Shown: positions 10,203-23,030 of the stretch, in pieces
How the letters are laid out: each line of letters begins with the position of its first letter
Numbering within the stretch: position 1 is the first letter of the stretch
NCBI RefSeq assembly: GCF_004010195.1
Contig: NC_057755.1
Coordinates: forward strand, 6,727,925 to 6,791,924
Reading direction: 5' to 3'
From: Chiloscyllium plagiosum
Taxonomy: Eukaryota
Length of the DNA stretch: 64,000 nucleotides
Notes under the pieces: generated by a model
Databases searched by the model: none
What the model was told of the DNA's origin: nothing
Seen by the model: the letters and a program-made list of their open reading frames with translations, nothing else
Made by a program: the position numbers and the translations under genes

Positions 10203-13200
10203 AGAGCGGCGAGGAGAGAGGGTTCAAGGAATAGAGGGCTGCCGGGAAGTTTTAAAGTGGGTGAGATCTGAACCCGAGACCTTACACCGTAGGGCCTCCC
10301 TCTAACCTTACTAAAAATCTGTAAACTCTGTAAGTTGGCAGGTTTTCTGCTTCTCTTCCCCATTTAGTACTATGTTGGCTTTCAGATTAGAGGGGCATGG
10401 CTGATAGAGCAGTTGCATGTTCCTCCTGCACAATGTGGCAGGTGAGAGACACAACACATGTCTCTGCCGACCACATCTGAGGGAAGTGCACCAAATCCAA
10501 TTCCTCAAAAACGGAGTTAGGGAACTGGAGCTGGAGCTCAATGAACTGCGAATCGTCGGGAGGCTGATGGAGAAATTGAGAGGATGTGCAGAGAGATGGT
10601 CACTCTTCAGACACAGTATAATGACAGCTGACATACATTCAGGGGGAGGAAAGAGAACCAATAGATAGAGCAGAGGTAACCTATGGCCGTTCCCTCAGCA
10701 ATAAGTATACCATTTCGTACACAACTAGTGGGAAGGCCTACCAACGGAAAGCCATAGTTGTCAGATTTCTGGCACTGAGCCTGGCACTGATGCTCAGAAG
10801 GAAAGAGGAGGGAGAATAGAAAAGCACTAGTGGCAGGGAACTCAATAGTTAGACGGATTGACAGGAGATATTAGGGTCAAGAACGGGACTCCCGGTCAGT
10901 ATTTTGTCTCCCCGGTGCCAGGATCTGATATGACATCAATCGGGTTTACTGGGTTCTGAAGGGAGAGGGTGAACAGCCAGAAATCATGGTACATATTGGC
11001 ACCAATGATATAGCCAGGGAATGGATTGAGGGTCTGAAAAGTGACTACAGAGAGTGAGGTTGGAAGCTGAAGAGCAGGACGAATAGTGGAGTGACCTCAC
11101 GTTGGCTACTGGTGCCACGACACAGTGAGGTGAAAAACAGTCCGCGAATGCAGCTTAACAAGTGGCTGCGAGCCTGGTGCAGGAGGGTGGATTCAGATAC
11201 GTAGACCATTAGGACGCCATCTGAGGAACGTGGGACCTATACCTATAGGATGGTTTGCACGTGATCTGGAGGGGCACAAATGTCCTGGATGGGCGATTTG
11301 ATCATGGTTCGGGAGGGTTTAAACTAGTTTGGAAAGGGGGTGGGAACCAGAGCTACATATCTGAGAGGGGCAGTTGTAGATGAGGCAGCGGCAGGATGTA
11401 GTGAATCTATAAGGAAGGTTTTTCACTTGATGAAACAAAAGGATCGGTTAATGTGTGTCTGTTTTATCGCAAGGAATGTCAGAAATAAGAGTGATGAACT
11501 TAGAGCACGGATGAGTACTTGGGAATATGGTGATGTGCTCGTAACGGAGACGTGAGTTTCACAGGGGCAGGAATGGTTGCTTGATGTTCCTGTGTTTAGA
11601 AAGTTTATAAAGTACAGGGCGGTGGAAAAAGAGGAGAGGGTGTAGCAGTGTTAATCAGAGAGTGCATCACAGCTACGGAAACGAAGGTTGTCGAGAAAGG
11701 TTTGTCTACTAAGTCAGTATGGGTGGTAGTTCGGAACACCAAGAAATCAGCCACCTCATTGGCGAATTTTTACAGACCCCCAAATCGCAGTCGTGAGATT
11801 GAAGAACTCTACTGCCGGCAGGTTTTGGAAAAATGCGGATGGAGCAGCGTTGTTGTGGGCAACTTCAACTTTCCTAATATTGACTGGAACTTCCTTTGTG
11901 CAGATGGTCTGGGTGGAGCCGTTTGTGACTGGTGTGTTCAGGAGGGTTTCCTTACCCAGCATGTAGACAGGCCAACGAGGGAAGTGGCCATTTTGGGCTT
12001 CGTACTCGGCAATGAGCCAAGACAAGTGTCAGATCTCGAGGTGGGAAGACACTTTGGTGGCAGTGACCACAACTGCCTCACTTTTACCACAGATTGGATA
12101 GGGAAAAGAGCAGTTACAATGGAAGATATTTAATTGAGGAAAAGTAAATTATGATGCGATCACAGGAGTTGGGAAGTACAGATTGGGAGCAATAATTCTG
12201 CAGAAAGCGCACAACAGATATATAGCGACTATTTAAGTAGCAGTTGTTTCCACTGATGCACGAAATTGTTCCTCTGAGACAGGTAAGAAGTGGTAAGATT
12301 AAGAGCCTTGGATGAACCGAGGAGCTTCTGCAAGGAAAAAGGCAGCTTACGTAAGGTGGAGGAAGCAAAGATCTAGCACAGTATTGGAGGATTTCTGGCC
12401 TACGAGAAAGGAGCTCATAAATGGACTGAGAACAGCCAAGAGGTGGCACGAAAAAGGTGGCACCGAGTTTTTTTTGCTTCGGTTTTTAGTCAGGAAAGGG
12501 ACCTTGTTGTGAATGAAAACGTTGAGGTGCTGGAAAACAGGCTTGAAAAGATCAAGATTGAGTAACTTGATGTGATGGAAAATTTGGCAATCATTAAGAT
12601 TGCTAAGTCCCCATGGCCAAAATCAGATTTACCTGGGCTGTTCCGGAATGCGAGAAAGGCGCTTGCTAATTCGCTGGCGAAGATCTTTGTTTCCTGACTC
12701 TGCACAGGAGCCGTATCCGAGTATTGGAGAGAGTTGAATGCTGTTCCTCTTTTCAAGAAGGGGAATAGGAAAATCGCTGGCAATTAAAGACAAGTCAGTC
12801 TTACGTCTGTGGTCAGCAAGGTTTTGGAAAGAATTATGAGGGATAGGATTCATGACTATTGGAAAAGAATGGTGTGATTAAAGACAATTAATATGGCTTT
12901 GTGAGGGGCAGATCATGTCTCACAAATCTTGTTTAGTTTTTGGAGGAGGTGATGAGACAGGTCAACGATGGCTGAGCACTGGATGTCGTGCATATGGACT
13001 TCAGCAAAGCATCTGATCCCATGCTAGGTTAATTCATAAAATCAGTAGGTCTGGGGTACAAGGAGATTCGGTTGTCTGGATTCAGAACTGGTTAGCTGAC
13101 AGAAGGCAGAGAGTGGTTGTCGATGGAAACTATTCTGCCTGGAAGTCAATGGTGTGTGTTGACCCGTAGGGCTCTGTTCTTGGGCTTCTGCTCTTTGTAG

Positions 13201-13500
13201 TTTTTTTATATATGACTTGGATGAGAAGGTTGAGGGCTGGAGTAGTAAATTTGCCAATGACACAAAGTTTTGACGTGCCGTTGATAGCATCGAAAACTAT
13301 TGCAGGCTGCAGCACGACATAGACATGATGCAGAGCTGGACTGAGAAAAGACAGATGGAGTTCAACCTGGATAAATGCGAAGTGATGCAATTTGGAAGGT
13401 CGAATCTGAATGCTGAATATCGTATTAAAGACAGGATTCTTGACAGTGTGGAGGAACAGGCGGATCTTGGTGTTCCAGTGCATACATCCCTCCAATTTCC
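10203..13500 (+). mobile_element. Degenerate CR1 LINE with 5' UTR, ORF1, endonuclease and RT; 3' end missing
   Basis: Coiled-coil VRELELELNEL, esterase HIGTND, FYRPPN, GNFNFPNIDW, GSDHN and MEFNLDKCEVM; stops abruptly at the satellite. Confidence 0.9.
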
Positions 13501-16500
13501 TGATGCTTAGTACAAATCTCCTATTTAGGGGTGCTCTTTTCCACTTCCCCCATTTCATGCTGCTTAGCACTCATTCTCTGAATTAGTTTAAATCTGCACC
13601 AAATCTCCCGTTTACCTCTACACTGCATGAATTCAGAAATTTAGTACTGATCTGCAACAATTCTCCCATATGTTACTAGACTGAACCAATGCTCCAATTT
13701 AGTACTACATGCCAGCAATTCTCCCGTTTAGTACCACACTGCGACAACTCTCCCTTTAAAAAACACATTGAACCAATTCTACCTTTTATTGCTACACTGC
13801 AACAATTCTCTCGTTTAGTATTACAGACGTTCTGTTTATTGCTACACGACACGAATTCTCCCATTAAACTTTGCACTGCAACAATAATCCCTTTTTATTA
13901 TTACACTGTAACATTTCTCCCATTTCGCATTGCATTCTACCAATTCTCCCACTTCACATTACTCTTCACCAATTCTCCCATTTAGCGCTACACTGAACCA
14001 ATTCTCCCATTTGCTGCTACACTGCACCAGTTCTCCCATTTTGTGCCACATTATACCAGTTATCCCATTCAGTACTATACTGCACCAATTCTTCCAATTA
14101 GTGTGACGATGCATCAATTTTCCTACTTTGTACTCCATTGCACCAATTCTCCAATTTCATTCTGTACTGCAACATTTCCCCCATTTAGTACAACACTGAA
14201 CCAATTCTTCCATTTATTGCTGCGCTGTACCAATTCTCCCATTCACTGCTACACTGTAGTAATTCTCCCATTTACTGCTCCATTGCATCAATTCTGCAAT
14301 TTCACCCTTTTCGTACTGCACAGCAGCACATTTTCCAATTGCACAAATTCTCACTTTTTCATGCGACACTATACCAATTCTCACATTTATTGTTGCACTG
14401 TACCAATTCTTCCATTTAGTGCTATGCTGCACCAGTTCTCTCATTTCGTTATATAGTGCACAAATTCTCCCAATTAGTGATACACTGCCGCAATTCACTA
14501 ATTTAGTCCTGCAGTACAACACATCTCCACTTAGAGTTACACTGCTTCAAGTCTCCCATTTAGTACTACTCTGCACTAATTCTTCCTTCATTTTGATGAA
14601 CTGCACGATTTTTTGCAATTTAATACTAGATTGCGCCAGTTCTCACATTGATTATCACACTGTACCAATTCCACAACTTAATACTACACTGCACCATTTC
14701 TCCCCTTTCGGGCTGCACAACACCAATCCTTGCAATCACTGTAACTCTGCACCAACTCTGGCATTTATTGCGCCACTGTACTAATTCTCTCATTTATTGC
14801 TACACTGTACCATTTAGTGCTACAGTGCCCCAATTTTCCAATTTACAACTACATTACAACAATTCTCGCACTTAGTGCTACTCTGCCCACATCTCCCATT
14901 TGGTACTACTCTGCACCAATTCTCCCATTCCGCGCAACTCTGAACCAATTCTCCCATTTATTGCGACAGTGCACCAATTCTCTATTTAATACTGCACTTC
15001 TCCCATCTCCCATTTATTAATAAACTGCAACAATTCTCCCATTTTGAGCTACACTGCCCCAATCCTTTCATTTTTTGCAACACTATACCAATTTTCCCAT
15101 TTAGTATTATTCTGCATCAATTTTCCCACTTCGAGCTGTAATGCGCCAATTCATCTAATTAGTGCAACTCTGCACCAACTCTGCCACATATTTCAAAACT
15201 ACAACAAATCCCTCATTTAGTGCTGCACTGATACAAGTCTCCCATTTCGTAACTCACTACACCAATTCCCTCATTTCGGGCTACACTGCGCCAATTCGCC
15301 CATTTAGTACCACACTGAACTAATTCTGCCATTTATTGCTACAGTGCACTAATTCTCAAATTAGTACAACACACCCCCATGTCTCAGATTTAATGCTGAA
15401 CTTCAGCAATTCTTTCATTTAGGTCTATACTCCCCAAAGTGCTGCAGTTCCTCATCCTCCCATTTTTTGCTACGATGTACCAATTGTCCCATTTAGTGCT
15501 GCACTGCCTCAATTCTCACACTTATTGCTACTCTGTACCAATTCCCCCATTCAGTGATAAACTGCCCCAATTCTTCGATTTATTGCTACACTGCACCAAA
15601 TCTACCATTTAATGCGACACGCATCCATTTTTCCATTTTGTGTTACACTGCACCCATTCTTCAATTTCGTATGACACTGCCACAATTCCTCCAGTTAGTA
15701 CTACACTGCCCCAAGTCTCTCATTTCTTGCAATCCTGTATCAACTCTTCTATTTAGTGCTCCACAGTCCCAATTCTCCAAATTAAAGCTTTCCTGCACCA
15801 ATAATCCTATTTATTGCAACACAGCACCAGTTATTCCATTTATTGCTACGCTGTACCAATTCTCCCATCCAGTGTTACACTGCAGAAATTCTCCCGTTTA
15901 CGTTACACTTCAGCAATTCTGCAAATTATTGCTACAATGCCCAATTTCTCCCACTTCATTTTACCCCGCTTGCACTCTTTGCAATTCGATATCCAGTGCA
16001 CACATTCTCACTTTTTCCTCTGACATGAAACCAATTCTCACATTCAGTATTATTCTGCACACATTCTCCAATTTCGTGCTTCGCTGCACCATATTTTTCC
16101 ATTTCGTGATACAATTAACCAATTGACCCATTTAGTACTACACTGAACTAATTCTCCTATTTCGATATATAGTGCACCAATTGTCCCATTTAGTGCGACA
16201 CTGCCCCAATTCTCCACTTTAGTACGTCACTGCAGCACTTCTATCATTTAGTGTTATACTGCCCCAAGTCTCCCAGTTAGTATGGCCTGCACCAATTCTC
16301 CCATTATTTTGGAATTTAGCTATACAGTGCCAATTCTCACATTTAGCATTACACTCTACCAATTCTCCAATTTAGTACCACAGTGAACCAGTTCTCCCAT
16401 CTCGTGATACACCAACAATTCACCCATTTAGGCCTATTCTGCATTCGGTAATACATTGCAGCCATTCTTCCATTTAGTGCTACAAAGCACCAATTCTCTC

Positions 16501-18480
16501 ATTTCTTACCACACTGCCTCAATTCGTCCATTTCAGGAAATTGCACCAATACTCCCATTTAGTGCGAGTTTGCACTGATTCTCCCTTTCAGTACGACACT
16601 TTCCCAAGTCTCCCCTTATAGCTATTTTTACTACAATTCTGCCATTTCGTACTGCACTGCACCAATTGTCCCATTTACTGCTATACTGCCCTATGTCTCC
16701 CATTTAGATCTACTCTGCACCAATTCTACCAATTCGTGGAACTCTGCACCAAATCTCCCATTTATTGCGACCGTGTACCACTTCTCTATTTAGTATTACA
16801 CTGTCCCAATTCTCCAATTTAGTACCACACTGCAACATTTCTTCCATTTAGGATTACGCTGCCCCAAATCTCCTATTTAGTTCTACTCTGAACCAATTCT
16901 CCCATTTATTACTACACTGCCCCAATTCCCCTTCTAGCCATACTCTGCACCAATTCTCCCATTTGAAATTGCAATACCAATCCTTTCATTTAGTGCGAAA
17001 CTTTACAAATACTCCCCTTTATGGCGACGTTGCGCCGATTTTGCCTTTCATTATGACACTGCCCCAAGTCTCGTCTTTATTGCTTTACTGCTGCAATTCT
17101 GCCATTTAGTGTATCACTAAATGCAGCAACTGTCGCATTTAGTGATACACTGTATCTAATTCCCCATTTAGTACTACACTGCATAAATTCTCCCATTTTG
17201 TACTGCCCTGCACCAAGTCTCCCATTTCGGGCGACGTTGCACCAATTCTCCCAATCAGTGTAACTCTGCTCCAACTCTGCCATTTATAGCTATATTACAC
17301 TTATTCTCCCATTGAGTGCTACACTTCACCAATTGCCCCATTTAGTGCTACACTGCCCAATTCTCAAATTTAGTACTACACTGCGACAATTCTCGCATTT
17401 AGTGCTACACTGCCCCAAGTCTCCCATTTAGAATTACTCTGCACAGTTCTCCTATTTCGTGCAACTCTGCACCAATTGCCCCATTTACTGATACAGTGCA
17501 CTACTTCTTGTTACAACGCACCAATTTATCTATTTATTACGACTCTGCCCCAATTTCCCGATTTAGTACGATACTGCCCCAGTTCTCTCATTTATTGCTA
17601 CACTACACCATTTCCCCCACTTGGTGTCGCAGTGTCCCAATTCTTCCATTGAGTATTACGGTGCACCCAATTTTCGCATTTTTTGCTACACTGCCCCAAG
17701 TCTCGCATTTAGTACTACCCTGTGCAAATTTTCTCATATAGTACTACACTGGACCAAATCTCCCAATTAGTGCTACTCTGCACTGAATCTCCCTTTAAGT
17801 ACTACAATGCCCCAATTACCCAATTTACTGCCAAGCTGCTGTAATTCTTCCATTTATTGCTTCAATGCACTAATCCCCCCGTTTAGTTTTACATGGCCCC
17901 AATTCTTCTATTTAGAATTTCCATGCAACAATGCTCGCATTTGGTGCTACACTGCACCAAGTCTCCCATTCAGCACTATCCTGCAACAACTGTCCCATTT
18001 CCGACCACACTGAACCAATTCTGCCATTTCATGCTACTCTGCACCGATTCTCTTTTTTAATACATAAATGCTCCAATTCATTGCTATGCTACTGTAATTT
18101 TTACATTTATTTCTCTTTACTGCACCACTTGCCCCATTGAGTAGTACACTGACCCAAATCTGCTGTTTAGTACTATACGGTATCAATTCTCCCATTAAAT
18201 GCTTCATTGCCCGAAGTCTCCCGTTTAGTACTACTCTGTATCAATTTTCACATTTCAGGCTACACTGAACCACTCCTTCCAATTATTACAATTCTGCCAA
18301 AAACTGCAAAACTACAACAAATTCTCCACTTAGTGCTACACTGCACTAATTGTCCCAGTTAGTGCTACAATGTCCCACGTCTCCCATTTAGTACTTCTTT
18401 GCACCAATTCCCCTATTTAGGGCTATACTGCACCAGTTCCCACAACTTGTGCAACTCCCCGTTATTGCTGCATTACACAA
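13501..18480. repeat. About 5 kb array of a 29-bp satellite (consensus actacactgcaccaattctcccatttagt)
   Basis: Continuous degenerate tandem units; the ORFs here are repeat artefacts. Confidence 0.95.
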
Positions 18481-18689
18481 ATTGCACAAGTTAGTATGTC
18501 ACTACTAGTCTCAGATTTGATGATCAGATTAACAACAGATTTAACAACTGATACAAAATGCGGAGACCCACTTGGAGTCCCTCCTGGTGAATTATAAACC
18601 AAGTTACTATTAAGTACAAACATCTGTAATTTCTTTCCAAATGAAAATTTACTTTGAGATTTCACTGCCTTTTTTTCTCTTTCTTCTCA

Positions 18690-18790
18690 ATAAGACCTGA
18701 CAGGGATTCTGTTGTCTCTCCATAGATGCTGACAGACCTGCTGAGTTTCTCCAGCAGACTCTGCGTTTGCTTATGATCTCCAGAAACCAC
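18690..18790 (+). mobile_element. Old PLE pLTR remnant
   Basis: agatgctgacagacctgctgagtttctccagc resembles the gatgctgcctgacctgctg..ttccagca pLTR core. Confidence 0.5.
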
Positions 18791-19159
18791 CCGGTTTTGC
18801 TTTCATTGAGATGTGAGAGTTGACCTTCGATCATGTATGAGAGTTCTGATAGATACATTTTCCTCCAGTAGTGCACTGGAATCTCAACAAAAATCTTGAG
18901 ATTGATAAGCTGGAGAGTGAAATGAACACTCAACTCTGGGACTGAGAGATTATTATCTCCCAGTCAGCGATCTTTACATGAATGAAGTTTCTGTCATTCC
19001 AAAAACTCAAAAAAAAATCATTGCTTCAAGTTTTAACTTTCAATATACAGCAGAGAAAACACGACTTCAGTTATCAAACGTTTTACTAATTAATTCAAGC
19101 TAAGATTTATCGCCCGAGAAACTTATGTCATTAATGTTTGCTTTCCTTTATTTTGGCAA

Positions 19160-20060
19160 CAACTTTTGTGACTATTATAATTCCGTGTCGAGGCAATTGT
19201 GGGCTTTCCAAATCAGTAACTCTGTATCTGGTGGCCACGGCTCTCTCGGATCTTCTTGTTCTCGCATTCTGTGTGGTTTTTGGTCAACTGGCGTATTACT
19301 ATGTGATGTCTTTGATCTATTTTCTTACCCAAGTGTGCCTTCAACAAGTTCCTGATGTCTGCTTTCATGGACTGCTCTGTCTGGTCCACTGTTGTTTTCA
19401 CCTTTGATCGCTTTGTCACCATATGCCACCACGGATTAAAAGCGAAATATTGTACATGGAGGACGGCAGTCAACGTCCTTGCTACCCTTTGGGTGGTGAG
19501 CATCTTGAGGAGTATTCCAGACTACTTCAAATACGAGCCCATCGTCACCTTAGACGGACAAGGTAGAGGCTGTAGGGTGCGATTGGTCTTTGGACATTTA
19601 TTGGAATGGTCCATCTACGACTGGCTGAACCACATTCTTACACCACTCTTTCCATATCTCCTCATACAACTCCTCAACTGTCTCACCGTCAAACACATCC
19701 TGCTCACGAGCTTGGCCCGAAGGAGACTCGTACACCAGGCCAGCGCTGTCAGCAGTGATGAGGAGATGAAAAACCGAAGGAAATCCATTGTTTCACTCTT
19801 CGCCATATCTGCAGCGTTCATACTGCTGTGGCTACCCACTGTCACCTACTTCATCCTGGACCGAGTTACTAAACTTTAACACAGCCCGGCGAATTTCACC
19901 CACCCGTTGGCGATTTTCTACCAGTGTAGCATCATGTTGAAGCTCTTGAATTCCTGTATTATTACTTTCATCTATGCTCTGACCCAGACTAGGTTTCGGA
20001 AGAAGCTATGGAACGGGCTGACCTTTCCTTTTTCCCTGTTGGTTCGCGTGTCTAAGACGG
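19160..20060 (+). pseudogene. GPR139-like class A GPCR pseudogene, large coding exon (TM1 end to TM7/helix 8)
   Basis: Aligns to the 42431-43353 protein (RGNCGLS, SDLLV, FTFDRFVTIC, EMKNRRKSIVSLFAIS, FIYALTQTRFR). The acceptor position 19158-19159 is AA rather than AG, there is a frameshift near 19335-19345 and an in-frame TAA at 19877-19879. The 3' end is approximate. Confidence 0.9.
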
Positions 20061-20139
20061 CGGAGGAATCGAGCTCACATGTCACCCTCTCCACACAGCC
20101 CCTTGTTTTGAACAATGCCTGGTTTTCACTGGGTTCCCT

Positions 20140-21050
20140 CCATCAGGACTTCACGTTGTTTGGTCTCAGACCATTTTGTATTCTTTCACACAGAACCTCA
20201 TGCACTTTTGTTCCACTTCGTCAGAGCTACGCACTTTATTCCCAAGCGTCCTGTTGCCAGATTATCCAAATGTCACTTAAACGTTGTAACTGTGTCTGCG
20301 TCAATCACTTCTTTTGACAGTTCAATCCACAGACAACTGACACTCTGTGACAAGAGTTCCCCTCATGTCGGTCATAAAACTTTCTCACCTCATTTTGAAA
20401 ATATGTCCATTATTTTTGAATTTCATCCATCTAGAGAAAAGACAGTCACTTGTCACCCCCTATTAGTGAAGCGCAGTGCCTCAGTGGTTAGCATTGCTGC
20501 TTTACAGTGTAAAGGTTCCTGGATCGATTACTACCTTGGCTGACAATCTATGTGGAGATTGCACATTCTCCCCATGTGCGTTTGCGTTTCCTCCAACAAT
20601 GCAATTATGTGCCGGTCAGATGAATTGGCCATTTTAAGCTCACCATAGTGTGAGGTTCGTTAATCACGTGTAAATATATGGTGGGGGCATGGATCTGGAT
20701 GGATTTGTTGGGCCAAATGACCTGATTCCACTCTGGAGGAAATCGTATCAATCCTCCTGATGAATTTATAAACCTCTATTGGATCACCACTCAACTTCCA
20801 TGTCTATCCAACTTATTTTTATAACTCAATGCCTCTAATCCCAACAACATTCCGGTAAATCTTTTCTCACTTTTCTCCAACTTAATAGCATCCTTTCTGT
20901 AACACCATGACCAGAACATCTTATCATATTATGGAAGAGGACTCACCAATGTTCAGTGTTACCTCAACCTGACGTCCCTGTTCTGATATTCAAAGTAAAA
21001 GCAATGAACCTAAACTTGCTGAACACCTCCTTGAATACCCTTTGAACCAG
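20140..21050 (-). mobile_element. Old CR1 3' fragment interrupted by a SINE
   Basis: Resembles the reverse complement of other CR1 ORF2 C-termini and 3' UTRs in the window. Confidence 0.65.
20470..20750 (+). mobile_element. HE1-like tRNA-derived SINE (degenerate)
   Basis: A box cagtggttagca, degenerate B box and tgtggagattgcacattctcccc core shared with 49798-50092. Confidence 0.8.
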
Positions 21051-21059
21051 TTGTTCAAA

Positions 21060-22077
21060 TTGACCTGAAACCCTAAGCCTTCCATTTGAGTTTTCAATTG
21101 AATTTTGGGCATCTCGAAAGACTCCGATGATATTTCCAGGAAATGTAAATACTCAGCTACTTCTGCAATTATTGCTCCTTTCCTTGCTGAAGGAGGCTGC
21201 TCGAACTCCATTTTGTCTGTTAATTCCAGCAGCTTGGCATCGATCACATTTCGTAAACCACCTAAGGTCACTTCTAACAACCCCAGGAAAGTCTTGGTGA
21301 CTGAATGAGGCATTGCTCCGCCAAGCACTGTTTAAAGCAACCGAATTCAACACACGGAACAAAATGCATTACCACATACCTTTGAGTCCAACAACCCTAA
21401 TCAGGAATTGAAACTATCGAACAAATCCTGCAAAGAGCCCCAATCTGTTATGGAAAAGACCAGACCTCTCAAAACATTTCTAAAAAGTAATCCATACCCT
21501 AACTTTGTTCGTTTTTTCTGTGCAGATGTAACGTGGATATTCCAGGAGGGATACAAATGGTCAAACCATCCAGTTAAAAAAAAAACAGAATTCATTTATA
21601 AGGTTGACGAATGAAACACAAGTAAAATGAATAGAATATCAAATATCTTAACTTCTCCGAAAACTCAACAGATCATCCCAACTGAATGATGCTGTCCCAA
21701 ATACTTGAAACAACCCCCCGAAACACCCATTGGCACGAAAAGTAAAATCGTGCGGCAGGGTCCGGCAGGAGAGAAATCAGAGATGGACCAACCTGGACCT
21801 GATTCTTTGGGTCGAGCAGTGTTTTCCTCACTTTTGCCGAAAACCAAACAAAACCAGCGAGAAAGTGAGTTGGGAAATCTGGCCATTCCATTTTCATCAT
21901 ACCAGGGTTTTTTTGAAACTTGAAATCCTTCTGACTGAGGCAGTATCTCTTAGCCAAAAACTAATTGGCTCTAAAACCCTTCTACCACAGACTTTTTGGA
22001 GTCTGCGTCGTTTATGTACACTCTGGAAAAAAAAAGACAGGGACAGCATAACCTTGTTAAAGGAGCAGTACGTCACA
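21060..22077 (-). mobile_element. Gypsy-type LTR retrotransposon 5' fragment: LTR 21446-22077, PBS, gag N-terminus
   Basis: 632-bp segment bounded by TGTTATG...CGTCACA (imperfect terminal inverted repeats). On the minus strand it is followed by PBS-like attggggctc and a gag-like ORF remnant (KTFLGLLEVTL..KLLELTDKME..RKGAIIAEVAEYL). Confidence 0.7.
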
Positions 22078-22089
22078 GATAGAATTTAG

Positions 22090-22280
22090 ATGTGAGTGTG
22101 TGTGTGTGAAGGTAAGTGCTGATGTGGAGATTGTGTGTAGATATGCGTTTGGGTGAGTGTCTGAGGGCATGTGTCAGTTTGGAGATGTGTGTGTGGTGAT
22201 GTTGGTATGTGTGTCAGACACACAAACACACATGTGTGTGTTTCTGTGTCTGTGTGTGTTTGTGTGTCTGTGTGTCAGTG
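22090..22280. repeat. (TG)n-rich simple repeat
   Basis: Direct observation. Confidence 0.85.
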
Positions 22281-22794
22281 TGATGTGGGTGTGTGTGTAA
22301 CATTGACAGTTCCCAGCAGAGGGAGACTCTGTTGTGAGTGTCTGAGTGTGAGGGGTAATACTGACAGAACCCAGTAGAGGGTGATTACTGTTGGTGCAGT
22401 CAGGGGCACTAGCCTGAGTATAAAAACCTACAACACAATATGTGAGATGCAACAACTTACCAGCACTGACACACCCACAGTTGTCGGAAAAGTGGAATCC
22501 GTGTAATGTGCCTGGGCATGTTGCTGAGAATGAAATATATTTGTTTCATAATCTCAAATTCAATTCTGTCAGAAATTTCAGTTCAATTCTGCAATAAACT
22601 TATCGTCATCTGTATTCTGGTCATGTGTTAAATTGTGAATATAGTGTGTCCAGTTGGATAATGCATTTATCATCATTTATTTAAAACTTAAGATCATTCA
22701 GCTTGCTGATTTGACATGATTGTTTGAGTTTCATTTTTAGGTTCAAATAATCTGTGATCCTTTATGCAAACATCTTGCGTTTATTTCTGCCAGG

Positions 22795-23030
22795 TTCGCT
22801 CTGTCTCTGTTCCTTTTTCTCTTCCTGTCTTTCTCTGTCGCTCTCTCTATGTCTTCATGTCTCTCTCTGTCTTTCTCCATTACTGTTTCTGTCTCAGTCT
22901 TTTCTTTGTCTCTATCTCTCTGTCTGTCTGTCCTTTTTCCTTCCTGCCCACTCCCTCTCTGTGTCCCAGTTGCCCCCTTTCTCTGTCTTTCTTGCTTTCA
23001 GTCTTTCTCTTTTTCTTTCTCTCTCTGTGA
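22795..23030. repeat. (TC)n-rich polypyrimidine tract
   Basis: Direct observation. Confidence 0.85.

Larger units (their letters stand above)
1..11750 (+). repeat. Segmental duplication, copy A (paralogous to 54735-64000)
   Basis: Position 1 (gatcattcacaatttc) matches 54735 and 11741-11750 matches 63991-64000. The same order of minisatellite, CR1, satellite, PLE and CR1 occurs in both, and the ORF-track translations are near-identical. Confidence 0.95.

Noticed and set aside
13676..18140. Many 60-190 aa ORFs
   Set aside because: Products of the 29-bp satellite; no protein motifs.
19907..20317. 136-aa ORF as a separate gene
   Set aside because: It is the post-stop TM7 part of the GPCR pseudogene reading on into a CR1 remnant.
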